DNA of 64,000 bases from IMG/VR virus record IMGVR_UViG_3300024301_001491. One strand, given 5' to 3'. Position numbers and translations under genes: made by a program. Each line of letters opens with the position of its first letter. Position 1 is the stretch's first letter. Below, in pieces: positions 55,412-64,000 of this stretch. The stretch comes from an uncultured virus (IMG/VR IMGVR_UViG_3300024301_001491) (Duplodnaviria; Heunggongvirae; Uroviricota; Caudoviricetes). The notes under the pieces are model-generated. The model worked only from the letters and a program-made list of their open reading frames with translations. It made no database searches and was not told the DNA's origin.

Positions 55412-55952
55412 TTACAGGTTCTCCATCATCAATAAATTTTACTAAAGACTGATCATCTTTAGTAACTGGTTTTTTCTTTTCCTTCTTACGAATGAAAGAA
55501 TCATCAAAATTGGAATGAGTCTGAACGAATGACAAATAGTTATTAATGAATTCGCCTTCGTCGTGATCTTGAGTCTCGAAAGAATCAAATGGCATTTCCT
55601 GAATCATCTTGCCTTTGATGTAAGATTGCTTCTTTTCTTTTTGGATACGACGCAAAAATGCGTAATAGATTACCTGAGTAAAATATGCAAATGGATTAGA
55701 AGATTTTTCAGGATTGAAACTATCAATACACATAACACAGTTTTCAATACCATCGCTAATCATATCATCACGATACGAATAGTTAATAAAATTTGGTTTA
55801 TGCGATAGTTTTGTTGCAATCATAAGTACACACTTACCAAGGTACTCAGGTATCCTTGGATGTGTTGTATCATTTTCTTTAGCCGTCTTGAGTGCTAGCT
55901 TATATTCTTTAATAGCCGCAAGCATTTCCGCGTTGTTTACGTAATGTGCCAT
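55389..55952 (-). CDS. gp55: Late-transcription sigma factor (gp55)
   Basis: HYVNN, NF.NYSY.DDMISDGIE, NPFAYFTQ....AF.RRI.KEK. Confidence 0.95.
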   Translation of the reverse strand: MAHYVNNAEMLAAIKEYKLALKTAKENDTTHPRIPEYLGKCVLMIATKLSHKPNFINYSYRDDMISDGIENCVMCIDSFNPEKSSNPFAYFTQVIYYAFLRRIQKEKKQSYIKGKMIQEMPFDSFETQDHDEGEFINNYLSFVQTHSNFDDSFIRKKEKKKPVTKDDQSLVKFIDDGEPVNDDSSNN

Positions 55953-55992
55953 ATGTGTTCCTTTATCATATATTATATACTATATTTGTATA

Positions 55993-56385
55993 TTAATGCA
56001 TGATCTTTTTTGAATTTTGAAGAACTGCGTCGATATCAATACCTTCTTTTTTCTCTTCCTCAGAACCAGCTTCAAAGTCTTTTATAGTGATAGCATTGAT
56101 ATCAACGTTATACATTTCATCCGAGGTCTTAATATAAAAATCTGCAATCTTGGAAAGAGCCTCTACACAGTAGAGTATATGGTCTCCGCGGAAGTCAAAT
56201 ACTTCTTCTTTAGCAAACTGACTGTACATTGAAATTACTGGGTTCTCCACGAGTTGACCGCCAACAACGCTAGGAGTCATTTTAACTTCAAGAGGTCGAT
56301 TGATGGAAATATACACTTGGTCTTTATCGATATATTCACCAAGTAATGTTTCTCCGTTTATAAGTTTAATTATTACGACTTTCAA
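55993..56385 (-). CDS. Sm-like hypothetical protein
   Basis: IIKLINGETLLG; lies between uvsW and gp55. Confidence 0.65.
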   Translation of the reverse strand: MKVVIIKLINGETLLGEYIDKDQVYISINRPLEVKMTPSVVGGQLVENPVISMYSQFAKEEVFDFRGDHILYCVEALSKIADFYIKTSDEMYNVDINAITIKDFEAGSEEEKKEGIDIDAVLQNSKKIMH

Positions 56386-57860
56386 AGATCTATCTCCATA
56401 AGTTTATACTTAAACTGTTCTTCAGAATATATCTTAAGACGTTCAGTTAGGTGGTTTAATGTGTGGTTTTTCTTAGACTTCCAAGAAAGATCATCGGAGA
56501 TATCAAACAAGTTACAGTGGGTCTTTCCGTTCTTCAGGCGTAGACCACGACCAATCGACTGGAGGTTACGAATCTTAGACTTCGATGGTGAAGCAAAAAT
56601 AACGTTCTCAATCGATGGAATGTTAATACCAGTAGAGAATACTCCGTATGATGCAATAATTATAACATCATCATTCTTTTCCGTGATCCTACGAGCTTCC
56701 TCTCTTGCCTCAACATCGGTACCGCCATAGACAAAATAAATTTTACGAGTATCACCGACCTTATCACGAATCATGTCATGTAAGATCTTGCCGTGTTTTT
56801 CTACGTATTGAAACAATAACAACGTATTGCCTTCACAATTTATAGTGAGGTTACGTATAAACTTATTACGCTTTTCATGCTGCACAATGAAGTTCATCTC
56901 ATTCTGATAGCTAGCACCCTTGAGCAATTTACGTGACTCGTCATCATACTTCAACATCAAGCACTTGATTTTTAGAGCTGCAACCTGGTTGTTGTCCATA
57001 AGCTCTTTGGTTGTAATAACCTTGTGAACTGGTCCAAATACACCTTCAAGAACTAGCTTGTTTGCGTTCTTTGCATCAATAGTTCCAGTAGTACCGATGC
57101 GGTATCTAGTCTCGCTCATCTTATCCATGGCAGAAGTCAATGACTTTGCTTTAAACAAGTGGGCTTCATCACCGAAACACACATCAAACTGTTTAAACCA
57201 CGCTGCTGGTTGCTTATAGACAGATTGCCATGTGGTAATCAACACGTTAGAACTTACATCGCGAGTAAATCCGCTATAAAGTTTTTGGCAATGTTTCTCT
57301 ACATTCCATCCGTTTCCAGTAGAGTAATCTACAAAATCTGCATACATCTGTTCAACAAGACTGGTTGTTGGAACTATGATGATACACTTTCTATCGTGTT
57401 CCAAATGATAGCGCATAGTGCTGTAAATGATGAGAGACTTACCTGATGCAGTCGGAGAGAGTAACAAAGCTCTTTCATTCTCAATAGCATGGTGGACAGC
57501 TTCTATCTGGTAATCACGCGGAGTGATTGGTACACCACGAGAGCATGGATTCAACCACTGTATGAATTCCTGCACTTTAGGTAAACCAATATCGGTCTTA
57601 GTTAGTACCTCACCATCGTGCGCATACTTATAGCCGTTCTTTTCACAAAACTTAACCACGTAGTTATACAGACCTTTTTGCAATGTCTTGCGGTGTATAT
57701 CATACATGCGAATCTTTCCATCCCACATCTTGGCTTTATACATTGGAGTATAACGAGCACCAGGAACGTCAAACGTAAAGAAGTCTCTGAGCTCTTGTTC
57801 AATGCTATCATCGCCAATAACACGGATAGTTGATTCGTTAAGTTTAGTAATTGTAATCAT
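56382..57860 (-). CDS. uvsW: SF2 DNA helicase UvsW
   Basis: PRDYQ, PTASGKS, DEAH, TGT, QSIGRGLR. Confidence 0.95.
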   Translation of the reverse strand: MITITKLNESTIRVIGDDSIEQELRDFFTFDVPGARYTPMYKAKMWDGKIRMYDIHRKTLQKGLYNYVVKFCEKNGYKYAHDGEVLTKTDIGLPKVQEFIQWLNPCSRGVPITPRDYQIEAVHHAIENERALLLSPTASGKSLIIYSTMRYHLEHDRKCIIIVPTTSLVEQMYADFVDYSTGNGWNVEKHCQKLYSGFTRDVSSNVLITTWQSVYKQPAAWFKQFDVCFGDEAHLFKAKSLTSAMDKMSETRYRIGTTGTIDAKNANKLVLEGVFGPVHKVITTKELMDNNQVAALKIKCLMLKYDDESRKLLKGASYQNEMNFIVQHEKRNKFIRNLTINCEGNTLLLFQYVEKHGKILHDMIRDKVGDTRKIYFVYGGTDVEAREEARRITEKNDDVIIIASYGVFSTGINIPSIENVIFASPSKSKIRNLQSIGRGLRLKNGKTHCNLFDISDDLSWKSKKNHTLNHLTERLKIYSEEQFKYKLMEIDL

Positions 57861-58294
57861 TGGCCAGTGATGAATTTCTTCCATTCAATGGAGTTGCGGA
57901 TCTGCCAATCACGAGCTTTAATTTGATTCATCATAGACTCTACGCCTTGGATCATATTTTCCAAGTATTGACACTTAATCGTAATTTTGTTCAAGTCGGC
58001 ATCGCCATCAAGGAACTCGTTCATGTCAGACTTAAGTGGCTTAACACCTTGCCACTGTTCCCATCCATATTGTTCGAGCTCAACTTTGCCCATCTCGCCA
58101 CGATAGTAACGAAATTTAGTTTGTCGTAGGGTACTGTATTCCACCTTCAATGCAGACAACTTCATCTTGTAAGTCATCATGATACGAAGGTATTTGGAAT
58201 GTATGTTGGGTGTACGTATAGACTCTCGATCGAGGTTGTCCCCGTCGACTGTACTATCTTTTTCCCATTGATCAATTAGTTCATCTAAAGTCAT
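57857..58294 (-). CDS. uvsY: Recombination mediator UvsY
   Basis: HSKYL, YYRG, R.WQI.N.IEW.KF..G; adjacent to uvsW. Confidence 0.9.
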   Translation of the reverse strand: MTLDELIDQWEKDSTVDGDNLDRESIRTPNIHSKYLRIMMTYKMKLSALKVEYSTLRQTKFRYYRGEMGKVELEQYGWEQWQGVKPLKSDMNEFLDGDADLNKITIKCQYLENMIQGVESMMNQIKARDWQIRNSIEWKKFITGQ

Positions 58295-58369
58295 AATTTT
58301 CCACTATCCATAACGAATAACCATATTATATCACAAGGAGGAATATTCTAATTCATCCACTTCGAGTAG

Positions 58370-58408
58370 TTTAATAGGCTACTCACAGTATAATGTATCT
58401 CTGGATAC
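58370..58408 (+). promoter_or_regulatory. Plus-strand (antisense) promoter-like element, second copy
   Basis: TTTAAT-13-TATAAT-GTATCTCTGGATAC; matches 24788-24826. Confidence 0.55.
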
Positions 58409-58418
58409 AAATAATTAA

Positions 58419-58952
58419 TTATGAAAATGTATATATCGTGTATGCAAAAGTTGCAGCACCAATCATGACTTGTACATCATCAATAGTAGATGAGAAAGTC
58501 AATGACTCTATGTTTAAAGGATAACAATCTTTGAATGTAACAGTTGCACTTTTATTGTTATTATTATCTAATATGGCTAAAGTGGCATCTGACACCATAG
58601 ATGATACATCAGTAGTTTGAAACGTCTGTTGCGCTTTAAAAGAAGTAAACTGTAAATTATCTTCTGGGTAAGCAATACCAGTCAACCAACTATAAACAGC
58701 TTGATAGTTAAGCATACCCGTATCAACCACGAACTCTATCCGTAATGGTTCGAAGTCTAAAGTATCTCCAGGTACTGGTACTCGAACCAATGGGTTCATG
58801 AATTCAGTATTTCCTAGATTAATAGATGGCAATGATACCTGCTGACAGAAGTACGTCAACTCTGGCAATTTTTGAATGTTGAACATGTATCCCGCTGGGG
58901 ACAACGAGTTTATTCCAGCTGGTAATGGACAGGCTAAAGTTCTGATGGTCAT
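58419..58952 (-). CDS. gp3: Tail tube terminator / tail completion protein (gp3-like)
   Basis: YFCQ.V.LP.I, F.VD....NY...Y.W, D.TL.IL, F.DCYP; late promoter at 58974-58981. Confidence 0.8.
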   Translation of the reverse strand: MTIRTLACPLPAGINSLSPAGYMFNIQKLPELTYFCQQVSLPSINLGNTEFMNPLVRVPVPGDTLDFEPLRIEFVVDTGMLNYQAVYSWLTGIAYPEDNLQFTSFKAQQTFQTTDVSSMVSDATLAILDNNNNKSATVTFKDCYPLNIESLTFSSTIDDVQVMIGAATFAYTIYTFS

Positions 58953-58983
58953 ATGATTATCCTCATGATACACTATTTATAAT

Positions 58984-59013
58984 AAAAAAAAAGGGATCCC
59001 GAAGGATCCCTTT
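58984..59013 (-). terminator. Intrinsic terminator after gp23
   Basis: AAAGGGATCC-TTCG-GGATCCCTTT plus a long U-tract. Confidence 0.9.
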
Positions 59014-59041
59014 AAATACCTATCTACGTAGGTTTCGTCAA

Positions 59042-60286
59042 TTACATCAAGTTAGTAACTGTTACCTTGCGGTAGTAAACGTTAGCGCCAGCTGACAAGC
59101 TAGTGAATGGGTTTGCAACCATACCGTAGCGAGTCTTGAAGCCAATCTTTGGCTGGAACGTAGCTGGATCGATAGCACGAACTTTCTCCAATGGAACGTA
59201 CGGGCAGTAGAACATACCAGCGTCGAATGCAGAAGTACCCTTGTAACCAACCAAGAAGAATTGGTCAGCAGCAGTTGTGCTGAAGTATGGGTCAACATAC
59301 ACTTTGTACTTGCCGTTCAACACACCAGCGAAGGTTGTTGAAGACTCGTCAACGTTCAAGCCAGTAGACAATGCAGGAGTGTAATCCAACACGCCGGCCA
59401 TGGCCAAGGCAGAAGCTACGTCAGCAGAAGTAACGATGAAGTTACCACGGCCACGACGTGTTTCTTTGGCGATCAAGTTAGCTTCGCGTTCGATTTGGAA
59501 CATCAAGCCCTTGAACTTCTCAACTGACCAACGGCCGCTAGAGTCAACGTCTAGGTTGAATGTACCAGCAACGGCTGTACCGTTTTGTGCACCAACTTTA
59601 GCAGCTGTGTACATTGTACGAACAACTTCACGGTTGATTTCTTGGGTGATCTCTGTTGAGAGAATGTTGCTCAATTCGCCTTCGGCGTCTAGACCGTGAA
59701 CAGCCTTCAAGTCTTGAGCAAGTTCAACAGTGTACTCAGCACGCAATGCACGTGTCTTAGCAACAACTGATGTACGCTCGATTGAGAAAGCCATTTGACC
59801 GAACGTACCGTTCTCGCCTAGGTCTTCAGAAGAAGCAGTAGACATACCAGTACCAGCTGGATGAGCACCTGTACCAGCGAAACCAGTATCGGCTTCGTTG
59901 AACAATGCTTCAGCACCTGCTTGGTCTTCGTAACGGCTCTTCATTGCGAAGATCAAACCGGTAGGTTGTGTCATTGGCTGAACACCGCAAATGTCATAAG
60001 CGATCATTTGTGGAGCTGCACGACGAACCAAGCTGATTAGAACTGGATCGTAGCCGTCAACGCCTGAACCAGCTGCATTAGCTTGTCCACCAGCGATAGA
60101 ACCACCACCTTGGTTAGCGATAGAAGAAGTTTCGAAAAGTGCTTGAGCACCTTCATGCATCGCACGCTCTTGGTTTTCCAAGAGTTGAGCGGTAACTTCA
60201 CGACGGTATTGGTCACCAATTTTAGAAACGCCTTCCGCTTCTAGGATTGGGGACCACTTTTTCAATAATTCTGGACGTGTTGCCAT
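59042..60286 (-). CDS. gp23: Major capsid protein (gp23)
   Basis: KW.PILE, LLENQ, CGVQPM..PTG, ELAQDLKAVHG, FYCPY, GFKTRYG. Confidence 0.97.
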   Translation of the reverse strand: MATRPELLKKWSPILEAEGVSKIGDQYRREVTAQLLENQERAMHEGAQALFETSSIANQGGGSIAGGQANAAGSGVDGYDPVLISLVRRAAPQMIAYDICGVQPMTQPTGLIFAMKSRYEDQAGAEALFNEADTGFAGTGAHPAGTGMSTASSEDLGENGTFGQMAFSIERTSVVAKTRALRAEYTVELAQDLKAVHGLDAEGELSNILSTEITQEINREVVRTMYTAAKVGAQNGTAVAGTFNLDVDSSGRWSVEKFKGLMFQIEREANLIAKETRRGRGNFIVTSADVASALAMAGVLDYTPALSTGLNVDESSTTFAGVLNGKYKVYVDPYFSTTAADQFFLVGYKGTSAFDAGMFYCPYVPLEKVRAIDPATFQPKIGFKTRYGMVANPFTSLSAGANVYYRKVTVTNLM

Positions 60287-60316
60287 TTTATATTTTCCTT
60301 TAAAAGATTTAATAGA

Positions 60317-61228
60317 TTACTTAGATGACCTAAACGCTGTTAAGTATCTTTCCATGCGAGGGTCGATTTGAGCTTTTACGCTCTCGTCTAATTGCTCGAC
60401 TGGTTCATCAGTTACGACAGTATCAACTTTGGCAGTTTGCTGCTTCTGGCCGAAATAGTTTTCTTTGATAGTTTCAAGCTTTGTTTTAAAAGTTTCAGAG
60501 TCTTCAAAAGATAACTCTTCGGCTAAAGCTTTGAACTTTTCAGCGTCTGTATCTGCTAACTGTGAAGAAACTTCATCAATTGCAGAAACTCGTACCATCT
60601 GGTTCAACTTGGCGGACAAATCTACGTTAGTAGATAGTTGCTCGTCTAGCTTAGATTTCATGTCAACAATCTCTTGCTGCATATCACCTAAGATGTCAAA
60701 CTTGTCTTCAGGTACTTCGATATAGTGCTCTTGGAACAAACCCTTCATGCCGCTTACGAAGCTTTCTAGGATTTCATTCTTTAAGCCATTTTCAAGGGCG
60801 ATTTCATTATCAGTCATCCACTGCTCAACAACGTAGTTGAGATATCCATCAACTTTTTCAACTAACCCATCTTTGATTTCTTCAACTTGTTCAGCAAGTT
60901 GAGTTTCAAACTGTTCTTCGAGTTTAGCCATTTCTGACTTAACACGAGTTACCACAGCAGCTTCGAAAATCGTAGCAGCTTTGGTTTTAAATTCTTCGCT
61001 AAGTTCTTCGCCGTTAACTAAAGCAGCAACGTCAGCAGAAACGTCAACTGATAACTCAGCGGTTTCTTCTTGGGCTTCTTCAGCAACAACTTCAACTTGC
61101 TCTTCCGTAGCGGCTTCTTCAGCTACTACTTCTTCAGTTGCCTCTTCAGCAACAACTTCTTGTGACTCTTCAGCCTGGAGCTTTTCAGACTCTTCCATTA
61201 GCTGAGCGATTTTTTGATCAATTGACAT
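60317..61228 (-). CDS. gp22: Prohead core scaffold (gp22)
   Basis: LSEEFK.KA.TIFEAAV, VD.YL.YVVE.W, IKENYF. Confidence 0.92.
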   Translation of the reverse strand: MSIDQKIAQLMEESEKLQAEESQEVVAEEATEEVVAEEAATEEQVEVVAEEAQEETAELSVDVSADVAALVNGEELSEEFKTKAATIFEAAVVTRVKSEMAKLEEQFETQLAEQVEEIKDGLVEKVDGYLNYVVEQWMTDNEIALENGLKNEILESFVSGMKGLFQEHYIEVPEDKFDILGDMQQEIVDMKSKLDEQLSTNVDLSAKLNQMVRVSAIDEVSSQLADTDAEKFKALAEELSFEDSETFKTKLETIKENYFGQKQQTAKVDTVVTDEPVEQLDESVKAQIDPRMERYLTAFRSSK

Positions 61229-61277
61229 GTGTAATCTCCTATTGATTGGATATATCCAATGGTGTTAATATTATTTA

Positions 61278-61931
61278 TTACTTTAAAGAATTCAAGAATT
61301 TTTCAAAAGCAACAGCTGATACTTCAGTCAAGTGCTTTGTTGAAGTACTTTTGATTAACTTTCGAGTTTGTTCTATCTGCTTTTCCACGTATTTCCCATC
61401 GACATAAACCCATTCGTGACCTTCCATGATACCTCTTACGAAAGCATCAGGCGCTGAAGGATCAGCGACAATATCAGCAGCAGTAGAAAGGACAAAATCG
61501 TCTTGTACGACTTGTATTCCATCCCTGTTGGTTTTTAACGAACCGAGCGCTCTGCTAGATACACCAAGATTAGCACCGCCATCTAGTAAGCCACGAGCAA
61601 TCTGTCCCATAGGAGTTGCAAGTACTTTAGCTTTACCAATCCAATTTGTACCTTCTTTTCTCAAATCTGTGATAATGTGTGACACACGATCTAGATTGAT
61701 ACTTGGTGTATCAGGATGACCTAATTCACCATAAGCACGTTTTTGGTTAACGTAATTTTCCACATAACTCTTAACCGCATTATCCATCGTAGGCTCTGGG
61801 TACATACGACCATTACGGTTTTTTAATTCTGATTGAAGAAAAATACCTTCGATGAAGTATTCTTTTTCTTGTCCTAGTTTGTTTTCCGTAATTAAATTTA
61901 CGGATTCAACTACTTCTCTAATAAGTTTCAT
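61278..61931 (-). CDS. gp21: Prohead protease (gp21)
   Basis: NRNGR.Y, GELGHP, GVSSRALGS, D.VADPSAP.A. Confidence 0.96.
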   Translation of the reverse strand: MKLIREVVESVNLITENKLGQEKEYFIEGIFLQSELKNRNGRMYPEPTMDNAVKSYVENYVNQKRAYGELGHPDTPSINLDRVSHIITDLRKEGTNWIGKAKVLATPMGQIARGLLDGGANLGVSSRALGSLKTNRDGIQVVQDDFVLSTAADIVADPSAPDAFVRGIMEGHEWVYVDGKYVEKQIEQTRKLIKSTSTKHLTEVSAVAFEKFLNSLK

Positions 61932-61943
61932 GAAATACTCCTA

Positions 61944-62342
61944 TTAGTATGGAATAGTTGTGTACTGCTGAGGATCGGCGGTTGAGTAACCATCATCTTT
62001 TCTCAACAATAAGTATACTTGCATATCGCCACTAGTGACAATCTTGATATCTTCCGTCGGAGTAACCGATTCAGAAAATTCAGATCCAGCAAAATTGATA
62101 GTGGTTGCGCACTCGCCTTGAACAATTGCAATCGGCACTGCGGAAGTGCCACGCGTGATTGTGGCGTATGCTCCCGCAGCTCCCATCCATGTGATTGATA
62201 GAATGCTAACTGATTGTGTTTGATCAATAGTTTCAGCTGCTAATTTGCAATCGGACGCCAACGTAATTGTTTCAGTTACGTCAGTCCCGTTTACTTTAAC
62301 GGCAACCTTCTTGTCTGTTAGTTTTAAAATGTGTTTTGCCAT
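61944..62342 (-). CDS. Hypothetical head-module protein
   Basis: 132-aa beta-rich ORF upstream of gp21. Confidence 0.65.
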   Translation of the reverse strand: MAKHILKLTDKKVAVKVNGTDVTETITLASDCKLAAETIDQTQSVSILSITWMGAAGAYATITRGTSAVPIAIVQGECATTINFAGSEFSESVTPTEDIKIVTSGDMQVYLLLRKDDGYSTADPQQYTTIPY

Positions 62343-62344
62343 AG

Positions 62345-62854
62345 TTATCTTCCAAGTTCTTGTATTACAGCAACAAAGTTGTCTTTAGACTGTTTCATAA
62401 AATCTACTAATTTATATTTATCTACATTTAAAGATAGCAATTTTTTGATAGTAGATTCATTGATTGCGACCACAGAATTATCATTTAAGATAAATTCGGT
62501 TTTACCGTAAATAGAAGATTTACCTTCTTTAAGTTCTAATACAACCGGATCTAGAGTAAATTCTCCTGCAAGAATTAACTCTTTATATGACTCTACTAAT
62601 GTATTCGTCAGCTTGATTCCATGGTGTCGCATCGCAGTATTTACGATAGACTCCGTAGTAACAACTTCGGCAGTCTCTAAAACGACTATAGAATCAATGT
62701 ATGACTTAGCATACAATTTACCTGCACCATTGCTGATGCAGTCTTCTAATATTAGTTCCGAATCGACATATACGTTATTTTCGGATATAGTGATGACATG
62801 GCCTTTATATGCTACGTCATCACTTGGTTTTCTCATGGAACTAATGAATTTCAT
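62345..62854 (-). CDS. Hypothetical head-module protein (prohead core region)
   Basis: 169 aa at the gp67/gp68 position. Confidence 0.6.
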   Translation of the reverse strand: MKFISSMRKPSDDVAYKGHVITISENNVYVDSELILEDCISNGAGKLYAKSYIDSIVVLETAEVVTTESIVNTAMRHHGIKLTNTLVESYKELILAGEFTLDPVVLELKEGKSSIYGKTEFILNDNSVVAINESTIKKLLSLNVDKYKLVDFMKQSKDNFVAVIQELGR

Positions 62855-63045
62855 TATTCTGTTTCTTCTGGGGCAATAGCCTCTACAGCTTCGGGTGCCG
62901 GATTGAACATACTATTAGCAATGCTCATCTTCATGGCATCTAGGCCGCCTGAAATACGTTCTGACATTGCTGCATCAAACGTAGTTTCGATTGACAATGA
63001 ATCTCCGCTAATTAAAGCATCAACTAAATTACGGGTTGTAGACAT
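62854..63045 (-). CDS. Prohead core protein, gp67-like
   Basis: Small acidic ORF immediately after the portal gene. Confidence 0.55.
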   Translation of the reverse strand: MSTTRNLVDALISGDSLSIETTFDAAMSERISGGLDAMKMSIANSMFNPAPEAVEAIAPEETE

Positions 63046-64000
63046 CTTCACCTCCTAATTGTGTATTATCTGTATTATCTGATTCTGGCTGCTGTTGCTG
63101 TTGCCCTTGTTGCATTTCGAGCTGTTGCCTTTGCAGTTCCATTTGCTGTTTGTTATACTCTTCGTTCTCTTCATCCATCTCTTCAATTTCTTCATCAGTT
63201 AGTTTCAAGATATTTTTCTTGATCCATGTTGGAGAGTAGTACTTACCGGCAAATTGATCTACGGTCTGAAGTATATTCAATCTAGACTGCGTAATCTCGG
63301 ACTCTTTAATTTCCGCAAAGTAGTTATCTTTTTGGAAGTCAAAGCGGATATCTTGCGACATATCATCCCATTCTTCTGGGTTGATAATGCCTTTAGCAAT
63401 CAATTGAACTCTTAGCGCATCTAAAAATATATTAGAGAACTTCTTACGAATTCGTTGAATGAATTTAGTAAACTTTATTTCGTCACGAGTAATTTCTGAC
63501 GAACGACCTAAGTTAAATCCTTGTTCGCCCTTTAGACGAGAGGCTGGAACATTTAAAGCCTGGAATAGTTTATTCTGGAAGAATTCAATATCTTCGATTT
63601 GTCCAAGCGTCTGACCACCCGGCAACGTTGTAATTTCTGTACCCTTGCCGCCTTCACGACGTGGCATCCAGAAGTCTTCCATCATTGATAAGTGTTTACG
63701 ATCATCTCGTACTTCACCTGTGGTTGCATCATATACAACCTTGTTCTTAAACTTATTCATCAAGTCGTTGACGTATTGTTCCGCCTTCATCTTAGGAAGG
63801 TTTCCAACGTCAACGTAGAAAATACGACGCTCAGGCGCACGACTGATACGATAGATGACTAATGCATCTTCCATCATTTTTAATTGATTGACTAATTTAA
63901 TAGCTTTGTGTAGGTATGATAATGCCATACCTGTATTTTGATCTGTGATTCCAGATGGAACGTAAATTACTGAATCTATTGGTAATTTAACGCCCTTTAC
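63029..64000 (-). CDS. gp20: Portal protein (gp20), 5' end outside the window
   Basis: EDALVIYRISRAPERRIFY.DVGN, EDFWMPRREGG.GTEI.TLPG; frame open to the window edge. Confidence 0.97.
   Translation of the reverse strand, partial: VKGVKLPIDSVIYVPSGITDQNTGMALSYLHKAIKLVNQLKMMEDALVIYRISRAPERRIFYVDVGNLPKMKAEQYVNDLMNKFKNKVVYDATTGEVRDDRKHLSMMEDFWMPRREGGKGTEITTLPGGQTLGQIEDIEFFQNKLFQALNVPASRLKGEQGFNLGRSSEITRDEIKFTKFIQRIRKKFSNIFLDALRVQLIAKGIINPEEWDDMSQDIRFDFQKDNYFAEIKESEITQSRLNILQTVDQFAGKYYSPTWIKKNILKLTDEEIEEMDEENEEYNKQQMELQRQQLEMQQGQQQQQPESDNTDNTQLGGEDVYNP

Noticed and set aside
61074..61170. Short imperfect repeats in gp22
   Set aside because: They encode low-complexity EEVVAEEA segments typical of scaffold N-termini.
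178..63058. All plus-strand ORFs in the track
   Set aside because: They are antisense shadows of well-supported minus-strand genes or tRNAs, with no recognisable motifs.
1..64000. CRISPR array, retron/DGR, integrase, transposase or stop-codon recoding
   Set aside because: No spaced direct repeats, reverse transcriptase or recombinase motifs were seen; core genes read through with code 11 and there is no suppressor tRNA.

Overview
This window is a 64-kb slice of a T4-like myophage genome, with every supportable gene on the minus strand. Read in transcription order it holds: the head module (gp20 partial, gp21, gp22, gp23, gp3); recombination, late-transcription and replication genes (uvsY, uvsW, gp55, gp47, gp46, gp45, gp44, gp62, regA, gp43, uvsX, and gp41 carrying a 1-nt frameshift); a DNA-modification cluster; about 10 kb of probable capsid-packaged proteins; spanin-like genes; thyX, nrdA, nrdB, RNase H and DNA ligase; nine tRNAs; and auxiliary genes (glyA, cytochrome c, peroxiredoxin, Dps, Hsp20, two 2OG-Fe(II) oxygenases). 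The cytochrome c and several small host-like genes suggest a betaproteobacterial host (inference). The best candidate for a new system is a cytosine hypermodification pathway. A T4-gp42-type dCMP hydroxymethylase is clustered with an amino acid:DNA transferase-like (aGPT-Pplase) gene and a protein resembling a beta-glucosyltransferase acceptor domain fused to an SGNH acyltransferase, and a PLP enzyme and glyA lie elsewhere in the window. No hydroxymethyl-DNA kinase or complete glycosyltransferase is visible. Two multi-hairpin non-coding elements share loop motifs, and there is a pair of near-identical antisense promoters. All calls come from motifs read by eye; no searches were run.
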